A stretch of DNA of 64,000 nt from a virus: positions 1 to 64,000 of the IMG/VR virus record IMGVR_UViG_3300021365_000005; one strand, given 5' to 3'. The first letter of the stretch is position 1. Each line of letters starts with the position of its first letter. Below the pieces are notes generated by a model. That model saw only the letters and a program-made list of their open reading frames with translations. It did no database searches and was not told where the DNA came from. A program made the position numbers and the translations under genes. This document shows positions 44,528 to 52,423 of the stretch, in pieces.

Positions 44528-44670
44528 TTTTCTCCGAAATATTTTGATCCTTTTTTGGGTTGCCCTTTTTTTGTAGTTACGTATACTGGGTCGTCGGGTT
44601 CGAATTGGGCTTCTAATTCTACTAGCTTTCGTTTCCATTCCTGTACGCTAAATGTTTTATTTTTACTCAT
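44524..44670 (-). CDS. Small protein (48 aa), not in the ORF track
   Basis: MSKNKTFSVQEWKRKLVELEAQ...; ATGA overlaps on both sides; N-terminus resembles MSRPKKFNIREW of 14240..14602. Confidence 0.65.
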   Translation of the reverse strand: MSKNKTFSVQEWKRKLVELEAQFEPDDPVYVTTKKGQPKKGSKYFGEK

Positions 44671-44927
44671 AGTCCTCTTTCCGAAATGTAGGCATCAATA
44701 TCTTCAGACCAATCATCCAAGTCAAAGTTTTTATACTTTTTAACACCAGACTTTTTAATGTCTTTTGCAAGAGATGTTAGGTATGCTTTTTTTTCATGAG
44801 GAGTTAAGTTTTCCTTAGCTGCTGCTATGTTAGCAAGCATTAGGACATCTTTCGAGGAAAGAGCTTCTCCAAGTAAAATACTAGAAATTTCCTCTCGGAT
44901 TATTTCTTTTAGTCTTTCCTTATTCAT
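44667..44927 (-). CDS. Hypothetical protein with LKEIIREEI leader
   Basis: Coupled ORF in the head module. Confidence 0.65.
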   Translation of the reverse strand: MNKERLKEIIREEISSILLGEALSSKDVLMLANIAAAKENLTPHEKKAYLTSLAKDIKKSGVKKYKNFDLDDWSEDIDAYISERGL

Positions 44928-45661
44928 TATGCCTTGCTCACTGAATCTACGTCAACAGCCATCCAATCATTATTGCCGCCTTTAAAGCCTGCTTTTGCCT
45001 GAACAACTTTCACAGCCTTTTTAATTGCTTCTGCTGGAGTTCTAGCAATTACCTTTGACACACCACCAAAAGCAACGCCATTTACATTTGACTTTGCAAA
45101 CTTAACTTTCCATGTGCCAGAGCCTTCTTTAAGAATAGATCCTAGTTTTGTTGATTCAGTAAATTCTTCTGCATTTTCTTTATCATCCTTATCTACACTT
45201 TTAACTGGGAATTCCTTTCCGTCTACAGTAAACTCGTCTTCGTCATTAGCTATTGCTTTTGCTCTTTCAGCTCCAAATGCATTACCTTCTGAAATCTCAT
45301 AATACTTACCTAGCTTGTGGCCCATGTCTTCATAAACAGACTCAAGTCGCTGTTGAAGTGCGGATAGTTCTCTTGCTGTTTTTTCAAACAACTTAACAGA
45401 AGATGCTACTTCATTCATATCACGCTTAACAGTTACAGAATCAAACCAATCGTCGGTTTCTTGAAGAGCTAGTTGTGTAGCTCCTTCAGACATTTTAACT
45501 ATGGCTTCAACCATTTCTTTAATTTCTTCGGTTCTATAGATTTTAGATCCAAACTCGTTGAATGAAGAAACAGATTTAATAATATCTTGTTTTGCTTCTT
45601 TTGTTAAGTGCCTTGCTAGGCGATCCTTATTATTCTCGTATAGAAGATTTTTTAATTTCAT
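44927..45661 (-). CDS. Head-module protein with MKLKNLLYE leader
   Basis: Coiled-coil core; EGNAF...EFTVDGKEFPV motif; internal KLGSILKE. Confidence 0.7.
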   Translation of the reverse strand: MKLKNLLYENNKDRLARHLTKEAKQDIIKSVSSFNEFGSKIYRTEEIKEMVEAIVKMSEGATQLALQETDDWFDSVTVKRDMNEVASSVKLFEKTARELSALQQRLESVYEDMGHKLGKYYEISEGNAFGAERAKAIANDEDEFTVDGKEFPVKSVDKDDKENAEEFTESTKLGSILKEGSGTWKVKFAKSNVNGVAFGGVSKVIARTPAEAIKKAVKVVQAKAGFKGGNNDWMAVDVDSVSKA

Positions 45662-45664
45662 GGG

Positions 45665-46297
45665 TTATCTCTTGTTTGGAAGTGCACAGACACACGTTAA
45701 GTCACAAAGGACTTCATTTATTATAGTATTAACCCTATCGTACTTATTTAAGGGTATTAGTTTATTATTTACAGATTCATTAATTGCAGGAGTCATAAAT
45801 GCTCCATGGGTAGATGGGTTGCTTACAAAGTCCCAACACACTAATTCAAAGTCGTCTTGAACTTCTACACCAGCTGCAGATTCTTTTACCGAACCTAGAC
45901 CTCTTGAGCTAATGCCTAATAGGATGCCAGCTTTTAGAAGTTCTTTTAAAATGTTTCCTGATGGTGTGCTAAGTACTTCTACTTCACCCATTAGGTCGTT
46001 ATTTTTCCACCAGATTTTTCTAATGTTATGGGAAACATTGGCCAGGTTAACCACCGAAGAGTCTGGATGGTCTAGTTCACCAAGTGCTCGGTTTTGAGTT
46101 ATAAATTGTTGATCATACTTTTTGGCTTCACGTTCTAGTACTGGACGTGGGTATACCCTGCCGTTTTGATTTTCAGCACCTGCTCTTTGAAGAATTCCCT
46201 TTACAATTACCCTACCACCATTTTTGGCTTCAGACTCATTAATCATTTGGGGTGAAATTTTAAATATATTATAATCAACCAGTAATTGTTTAGTCAT
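45665..46297 (-). CDS. Prohead protease (gp21-like); start probably 46297
   Basis: NQNGRVYP, ALGELDHP, NVSH, TPSG, GISSRGLGS, DFVSNPSTHGAF. Confidence 0.95.
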   Translation of the reverse strand: MTKQLLVDYNIFKISPQMINESEAKNGGRVIVKGILQRAGAENQNGRVYPRPVLEREAKKYDQQFITQNRALGELDHPDSSVVNLANVSHNIRKIWWKNNDLMGEVEVLSTPSGNILKELLKAGILLGISSRGLGSVKESAAGVEVQDDFELVCWDFVSNPSTHGAFMTPAINESVNNKLIPLNKYDRVNTIINEVLCDLTCVCALPNKR

Positions 46298-46440
46298 TAG
46301 TTGCTCCAAGTTGACTTTTTACGATATAGATCAAAAAAGATTTTTGCAACTTCTTTTCTGATTACAGCTCTTATTATTGAAATGTCATCAGGGGTTAAAT
46401 TTTCAGTAATGACTTTGTTGTTGGGCTTTTGGGTTGGCAT
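46297..46440 (-). CDS. Small protein (47 aa), not in the ORF track
   Basis: MPTQKPNNKVITENLTPDDISIIRAVIRKEVAKIFFDLYRKKSTWSN; TAATG overlaps at both ends. Confidence 0.7.
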   Translation of the reverse strand: MPTQKPNNKVITENLTPDDISIIRAVIRKEVAKIFFDLYRKKSTWSN

Positions 46441-46868
46441 TAGAATTTCCTTAATTTTTCTGAAATGCCAGACATTCTTTCTGCTATTTTGTATAGAGTT
46501 TTTCTAGTGCTTTTCCAATACTTTCCTCTATCAACTCCAGTTTCAGTTTTAAGCTTTATATTGTTAGTAAGGATTTTATCAATTTCTTTAAGCTTTCCTG
46601 CAATCTCTTTAATAGCTCTATTTACTTTTTGCTTGGGAGTAGCAGTCTCGTCTTTTTTATATGCTCTATAACTAGTTTCACCTAGCATAATTTTAGAAGC
46701 TTTTACGAATGTAGACTCTTCGACTTTTTCATAGCCATTTTTTTCAACATCCTCATCATCAAGCTCACCAAATGCATAAGGGGTATTATAAGCTTCACCA
46801 GCTCCAGTAGAATTGGTTTCGTCCATAATGTCTTTGATCAATTCTTCAAGTTGGCTATTTAACGACAC
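46440..46868 (-). CDS. Conserved head-module hypothetical protein
   Basis: GAGEAYNTPYAF motif followed by a coiled coil. Confidence 0.7.
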   Translation of the reverse strand: MSLNSQLEELIKDIMDETNSTGAGEAYNTPYAFGELDDEDVEKNGYEKVEESTFVKASKIMLGETSYRAYKKDETATPKQKVNRAIKEIAGKLKEIDKILTNNIKLKTETGVDRGKYWKSTRKTLYKIAERMSGISEKLRKF

Positions 46869-47715
46869 GATTTAACTCCTGGGCTAGTTCGTGGGCTCTC
46901 ATTATAGAAAGTACTTGCTCGTCTTTAATTATTTTCGATTCATTAATAGCCAATAACTGAACTATAACTTCTTGAAGCTTTACTTTGATTACTTTGTCTT
47001 CGACTTTTGGAAGGTTGGCTCTTAAAGATTTTGTTATTTTGCTAGTAGCTGACTGGACATGCTCTTTAAGTTTTCCAGTATTAGAAACATTATTGATATA
47101 ATTTTTTAATAGGTTTTTTTGGCCTTTATTTAATCCATTATACTTAGAATTAAACTTTTCTAAAAGAATATTGTATGTTAGCAAACGAACATCTTCAGAT
47201 TCTGTTTTATAAGTTTCTAAAAGTTTGTCACTTTTGCGGGCTTTAGATTTGGGCTTAAAAATATGCTCGACTAAAGTATTTCTTGAAGTCATCGTTTTTA
47301 AAGGGGACTTAGACTTCATTAAATTCATTTCAAACAAGTTGTATATAGAAGCATTGACTTTATAGTCGGATATTTTAGTTGAAAAAAATAGATCTAAATC
47401 ATAAGTGTTTTTTATTTCACGAATTAAATTATACTTTTCAGACTTAAGCTTTGGTTGGCTTAGGTTTTTATGCTCTACCAAAACAATATCAACAAATTTA
47501 TTTGCTTTGGCTTCTGAAGTCATTGCTTCTGTTTTAAGCATTTGATAGTAGTTTAGCTCTTTTTTAAGCAAAGAAGGTCCACTAAAAAACTTTTTAACTA
47601 TATTTGCAGCCGGAGAATTGTCTACAGCATTAATAGCATCATTTGTTATCTGTCTTACCAGTAACTCGAACAATACGCCTGTATTTTTAAATTTTGAATG
47701 TTTTACTTTACTCAT
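46855..47715 (-). CDS. Conserved head-module hypothetical protein
   Basis: KHSKFKNTG.LFELLVRQIT; lies between portal and protease. Confidence 0.7.
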   Translation of the reverse strand: MSKVKHSKFKNTGVLFELLVRQITNDAINAVDNSPAANIVKKFFSGPSLLKKELNYYQMLKTEAMTSEAKANKFVDIVLVEHKNLSQPKLKSEKYNLIREIKNTYDLDLFFSTKISDYKVNASIYNLFEMNLMKSKSPLKTMTSRNTLVEHIFKPKSKARKSDKLLETYKTESEDVRLLTYNILLEKFNSKYNGLNKGQKNLLKNYINNVSNTGKLKEHVQSATSKITKSLRANLPKVEDKVIKVKLQEVIVQLLAINESKIIKDEQVLSIMRAHELAQELNRVVK

Positions 47716-47747
47716 ATTATTTCCACGATGGGTTTCGATGCATCACT

Positions 47748-47757
47748 AATAAATATC
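47748..47757 (-). promoter_or_regulatory. Late-type motif GATATTTATT
   Basis: Recurrent intergenic motif. Confidence 0.55.
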
Positions 47758-47765
47758 TATATATT

Positions 47766-49559
47766 CTATAAAGAGTTATCATCCATTATATTATTTTCAC
47801 TAAGTAGGTTTTGGCGTTTAGACTTGGCTAATCCTTTTTCATCTAGAGATTTTATAAAGTTTTCTCTATTAACAGATCTAGTTTCCTTTCCTAATGGGTC
47901 TCGGCCTCTTGCTGAGTTTTGGGATACTCCATACTTTGGAGATTTTTTTGGCCTACCACCTTCTGTCCCAAATTCTTCGTCGGTTTTAGCAGGGGCACCT
48001 TCAGGAGGGCCATCTGACTCTTCTGCGTCTATTGTTGCCAATGCATGAGGGGTTCCTAGGGTTTCTTGAGATTTAGATGGATCGTTACCTTCCATTTCGA
48101 TTTGAGACTTTCTAAATGCTTGTTTAGTATCTTCTATTACACCTTCACGTTCACCTTCTACATCTTCGGAGTTAAGACCAAATACATTTTCATAGATCCA
48201 AGATTCTGAAAGCATTTTATTGCTTTTCATAGATTCTGCTAGGTCGACTTTAGATGACCATAGTTCCATTTTTTCTTGTTCGGCAATTGTTGACGGATTA
48301 GATAATGTTAGTTTAAAGTCTACTAGATCGGCATCTGTATATCCCTGAGAATATAAATGGACTATAGCTATTTTGGTTAATTCTGAAACGAATATTTTTT
48401 GAAGTCTTTCTATTGTTCTAGCAAATCGAACATCTTCAGCTGCTAACGTAGCTTTTTCGCCTAGGTTTTCATCATAGCCTAAAAATGCTTTTGGTATTTT
48501 TAAAGCAGCAAACATACGATTTCTTAAATATTCAATATCATCGATACCTCCAAAGTCCATACCAGATAAAGAATCGATTTCAGTTCCAGATTGACCACCT
48601 CTAACCGGAAGGAAAAAGTCCTCCATCATATTTTGCATGTTAAATTCTAAATTATATTGTCCGGTTGCAGGATCTACAAAAGGAGTTTTTTTCATGCTAT
48701 CAATAATTCTTTTCATATAGTTGTCAACTTCTGCAGGAGGAATATTTCCGATGTCGATTTTAAATACTCTTTTTTCAGGAGCTCTCATGATTCTATGGAT
48801 CATCATCGCATCTTCCATAAGAGTTAACTGTTTCCAGTTTTTGCGGGCTCCTTCTATCATTGACTTACCATATGGGATAAAATTAGCATCACTTAATAGT
48901 CTAAAGTGTGCTATTTCATAATTATCATATTCATCTTGCTCTCTATTAACAGCACCGCCATACTGAGAAGCCCCTGCCATAGAAGGGTCGTGTACAAATT
49001 TAACAAGTTCTGGGTTTGAAGGATCTTCGCCGTCAATACGAACCATTTCGTAAGTTGACATAGGATGAACACCAGTAACTCCATACTTTTCAGTAATATC
49101 TAGCTTAAGATAAAAGTCCCCATACTTGCACATGTTTCTAATCCATGGCCACAAATTAAATTCAATATTTAATACGTCATAAAAAAGGTTGTTTAGTATT
49201 TTTTCAACTTCTGAATTAGTGCTAGTGATTTCTAAAACATTTCCAAATTCATTTTTTAATGTTGACTCGTCTGCATAAATATCTAATGCTGAAGATATGA
49301 TTGAATCTTCATCCATTAACTCATAGTCTGTAAATAGTTGCATTCGAATAGCATGATAATTTGTATGAATTCCTCTACCTTCGCCACGTTGAGCTTGGTA
49401 TAAGCGATTAAACCTATCAACCAACCTATTAGAAGCTAGGTCTGAACCTGCCTGTATTTTATTAATGTCAACAACTTTAAGACCTTTATCAGCCCTTTGG
49501 ATAATTGTTGAAGTAGAAAATAATGTTCTTAATCTACCAAAAAATGATTTATCGTTCAT
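47766..49559 (-). CDS. Portal protein (gp20-like)
   Basis: LMEDAMMIHRIMRAPEKRVFKIDIGN, EDFFLPVRGG..GTEI..L.G, ALKIP. Confidence 0.96.
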   Translation of the reverse strand: MNDKSFFGRLRTLFSTSTIIQRADKGLKVVDINKIQAGSDLASNRLVDRFNRLYQAQRGEGRGIHTNYHAIRMQLFTDYELMDEDSIISSALDIYADESTLKNEFGNVLEITSTNSEVEKILNNLFYDVLNIEFNLWPWIRNMCKYGDFYLKLDITEKYGVTGVHPMSTYEMVRIDGEDPSNPELVKFVHDPSMAGASQYGGAVNREQDEYDNYEIAHFRLLSDANFIPYGKSMIEGARKNWKQLTLMEDAMMIHRIMRAPEKRVFKIDIGNIPPAEVDNYMKRIIDSMKKTPFVDPATGQYNLEFNMQNMMEDFFLPVRGGQSGTEIDSLSGMDFGGIDDIEYLRNRMFAALKIPKAFLGYDENLGEKATLAAEDVRFARTIERLQKIFVSELTKIAIVHLYSQGYTDADLVDFKLTLSNPSTIAEQEKMELWSSKVDLAESMKSNKMLSESWIYENVFGLNSEDVEGEREGVIEDTKQAFRKSQIEMEGNDPSKSQETLGTPHALATIDAEESDGPPEGAPAKTDEEFGTEGGRPKKSPKYGVSQNSARGRDPLGKETRSVNRENFIKSLDEKGLAKSKRQNLLSENNIMDDNSL

Positions 49560-49570
49560 TTGAATTCCTT

Positions 49571-51145
49571 CTATAGTAGCCAGGTAAGATCTTCATCCTT
49601 TCCGGCGATATTTTGTTTCCAAGCATTAGTGCCAGGACCTGTTGCATTACTGTAAAACCCAGTTCTACCTATATGATCCATAGCACTTCTATTTAATTCA
49701 AGACCTTCATTTCTAAGTTTCAATGCAGAATCTCTAACAAATAGCCCAATGGCAAATGCCATTACAAGATCATCATTATAACCACGTTGAGCTTCAGGTC
49801 TTGAACCGTTCCAAATAAAAACGAATAACTCTTCTAACAATCTAGAAGACCTTACTGTACAAGCTTTCTCTCTAAAATAAATATCAAGTTTTGATATTAG
49901 GAGTGGTCTTGTTCTAGATGTTGTTGAAAATCCTGGGGTCATTTGAGATCGGTCTTTTAAATCATAACCTTTAGACAATTGGGTTGCTGCATCAACTACT
50001 CCTTCATGTTTATAAGTGTAGTATAAATTTTTATAACCTCTGTCTATTGATGGCTGCAGTGCTGCCCATCCGACATTATCGTTTTCTACAATTAATAAGG
50101 CTTCATTATATTCTGTAGCGACATTAACTAGCATGTTTCCAAATTCTTTCGTACCGATCTGGGCTTTATACTCTGCCACTTGTGTTACCGAATCTACATC
50201 CATTATATGGAAAGTTGAAAAATCACTCCCGTCGCCTCGAGCTACATCTGCTACTACAATATAGCTTTTTGTATAATCAGGCCTTTCCCATATTTGGAAT
50301 TCTCCGGCTACTCCTCTAGTTTCAATAGGAGGCAAAGCCATATTTTCTTTATACCACTCTAGGAGCTCTCCGGAAATTACAGAGTTACCAGAAGTAATAA
50401 AGTCACAGTCACATTCTTGGGCAGCATGTTTAGCCCCAAGAAGTTCGTCTTGTTCGTCTCTCCAAGGTTGATGTCTTTCTGGATGGACCGACCAATGCAG
50501 TCTTATAGTATTGAATTTATTATTGGGCTCTTCTGCTTTTACCCATGTTTTATGGAAAAAATTACCAGTACCATTTGGAGTTGACAAAATAATTGCTTTA
50601 CCCCCTGTTGCTAGGGTTTGTTGAGAGGATGCCCAGATTTCATCGATTTTATCAATAAAGGCTGCCTCATCCATAACCAATAAAGACAGGGCTTCAGATC
50701 TACCAGCATCACCAGCAGCAGATACAGCTTTAATTTGTGATCCATTTTCAAATCTTAAAGATAGTTTGTTATCTTCCGACGCTGCATTTTTTAGCCATGA
50801 AGGAAGATAGTGATGCATAACCCTGACTTTAGTAACCAGGTTTTTAGCAACTTCTTGCTTTGTAGCAATAACTAATGTGTTGAAATCCTCATTAAATGTC
50901 ATAGCCCAAAGAGCATAACCAGCGGTTAGAGTTGATATCCCCAACTGTCTAGATTTTAGAATAATATTGTAGTCGTAGTCTTTAAATTCTGTTAAAGATT
51001 TTTCTTGAAAAGGAAAAAGATTAAATAGGATTTTACCTCTAGTTGGATGTTGGATATAGCAATACTTTCTCATAAAGTGTACTGGATCCTTTGCACACAG
51101 CTGATACTCGTCCGCAATGATTTGTTTTATTGTTTTCTTTGCCAT
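49571..51145 (-). CDS. terL: Terminase large subunit (gp17-like)
   Basis: KSRQLGIST, MDEAAFI, LSTPNG, ADVARGDGSDFS, DDLVMA. Confidence 0.96.
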   Translation of the reverse strand: MAKKTIKQIIADEYQLCAKDPVHFMRKYCYIQHPTRGKILFNLFPFQEKSLTEFKDYDYNIILKSRQLGISTLTAGYALWAMTFNEDFNTLVIATKQEVAKNLVTKVRVMHHYLPSWLKNAASEDNKLSLRFENGSQIKAVSAAGDAGRSEALSLLVMDEAAFIDKIDEIWASSQQTLATGGKAIILSTPNGTGNFFHKTWVKAEEPNNKFNTIRLHWSVHPERHQPWRDEQDELLGAKHAAQECDCDFITSGNSVISGELLEWYKENMALPPIETRGVAGEFQIWERPDYTKSYIVVADVARGDGSDFSTFHIMDVDSVTQVAEYKAQIGTKEFGNMLVNVATEYNEALLIVENDNVGWAALQPSIDRGYKNLYYTYKHEGVVDAATQLSKGYDLKDRSQMTPGFSTTSRTRPLLISKLDIYFREKACTVRSSRLLEELFVFIWNGSRPEAQRGYNDDLVMAFAIGLFVRDSALKLRNEGLELNRSAMDHIGRTGFYSNATGPGTNAWKQNIAGKDEDLTWLL

Positions 51146-51153
51146 AACCTATA

Positions 51154-51163
51154 TATAAATATA
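51154..51163 (-). promoter_or_regulatory. Late-type motif TATATTTATA, 8 nt before the terL ATG
   Basis: Recurrent intergenic motif. Confidence 0.6.
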
Positions 51164-51166
51164 TAC

Positions 51167-51547
51167 TTACTCTGGTAAAGTGTACCCTACAACATGAATA
51201 AGACCTATTGTTCCTAATACCCCTAAAACTACCCCGAAAGGCCTTTTATCATACCATTTATCAACTTTATTAAGTCTATCATCATATAGTTGAATCTGGC
51301 TTTCTAATAGAGTAATTTGCTCTTGCTTATATGCAATAACCAAGCTATCTTGTTTAATAATAGTTTCAAAAAATTTAATTTCAGATTCTAAACTAATTAT
51401 TATTAAATTGTTTATAGAATCCTGCTCAACTAAAGTGTCTATAGCTTCGATTATACCATCAAGCTCGACTTGAGGTACTGGTATTGTGTCTTGAGCCGAA
51501 GTGGCAAATGACAACATGGTTAAGAATAGTACTAATATTAATCTCAT
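51167..51547 (-). CDS. Exported coiled-coil protein with a C-terminal membrane segment (spanin-like?)
   Basis: Signal peptide MRLILVLFLTMLSFATSA, coiled coil, hydrophobic C-terminus. Confidence 0.5.
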   Translation of the reverse strand: MRLILVLFLTMLSFATSAQDTIPVPQVELDGIIEAIDTLVEQDSINNLIIISLESEIKFFETIIKQDSLVIAYKQEQITLLESQIQLYDDRLNKVDKWYDKRPFGVVLGVLGTIGLIHVVGYTLPE

Positions 51548-51855
51548 TTCTTTTTAGACTTGTATTTGGCTTTAAAATTTTTAGCGGTAGATTTAGCTTT
51601 AGTTGTAGGTTTCTTTTTTGCTTTTGCTTGGGCTGTTTTAACTTTTGCTTTTTTTAGTTTTGTTTTAGTAACCTTTTTTTCAGCAATAACTTTTTCAGTT
51701 TTTTCTTTGGTAGCTTTAACTGCTTTTTTAGAGGCTTTTACGTCTTCTTTAAACTTTTTTTTGGATGCAGATTTTTTATTACTTGCAAATAACATTGTAA
51801 GAACGGCAGCAATTGAAGCTCCTACAATTAACACAAACTTAAATATTTTTTTCAT
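51544..51855 (-). CDS. Membrane-anchored Lys-rich protein (i-spanin-like?)
   Basis: N-terminal TM followed by a Lys/Ala-rich coil; ATGA overlap with the next gene. Confidence 0.5.
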   Translation of the reverse strand: MKKIFKFVLIVGASIAAVLTMLFASNKKSASKKKFKEDVKASKKAVKATKEKTEKVIAEKKVTKTKLKKAKVKTAQAKAKKKPTTKAKSTAKNFKAKYKSKKK

Positions 51856-51865
51856 AACATATTTC

Positions 51866-52423
51866 CTATTTAGATTTTAAATCTTTTTTTATTTTATTAA
51901 CTTGGGTATCAAATTCTTTTTTTAGAGTTTCTTTAGATTTACCTCCCGACCAGTCTTCAATATCTCCTGCTTCAGTAATATAAGACTTGCTATTTATTGT
52001 AGTTAGCCAATCATAATATTCTTCGGTTTTATCCTTTAGCCATGCTTCATTATCAGACTTTGACAGCTCTTTTGCAAATTCTTCAAATTTACCAGCGGCT
52101 TTAAGTTCATTTTCAAATTTATAAACACAATTAAAGCACATGCCAAATTTTTTATACATAGCTTTGTAGGCATGGTGTTGCATTCTAGGATCTCCACACT
52201 TTGGGCACTCCATAGGAACCTTTATAGCTTCTCTAGCAGCATCTAGTTTAGATACTGTTTGTCGAATACCATTTTTTATAGTCCAGGTTTTACCTTTAAT
52301 TTCCCAAGTATCACCTTCTGATCTAACGATTCTTTTTTTACCATAACCAGTTGAAACTTTTGTTTTGTTTGAGGCATTCCCGGAAACCAGGTTCCTCATT
52401 CTTTGTATTCCTTTTTTATCCAT
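51866..52423 (-). CDS. Zn-ribbon hypothetical protein
   Basis: CPKC...CFNC. Confidence 0.65.
   Translation of the reverse strand: MDKKGIQRMRNLVSGNASNKTKVSTGYGKKRIVRSEGDTWEIKGKTWTIKNGIRQTVSKLDAAREAIKVPMECPKCGDPRMQHHAYKAMYKKFGMCFNCVYKFENELKAAGKFEEFAKELSKSDNEAWLKDKTEEYYDWLTTINSKSYITEAGDIEDWSGGKSKETLKKEFDTQVNKIKKDLKSK

Noticed and set aside
44528-44638. Arg-rich N-terminal extension (METKASRIRSPIRTRR...) suggesting a protamine-like protein
   Set aside because: A better coupled ORF (44524..44670) occupies this DNA in another frame, and the MMIKLKGILKE start at 44527 has a GGAG upstream and the family leader.
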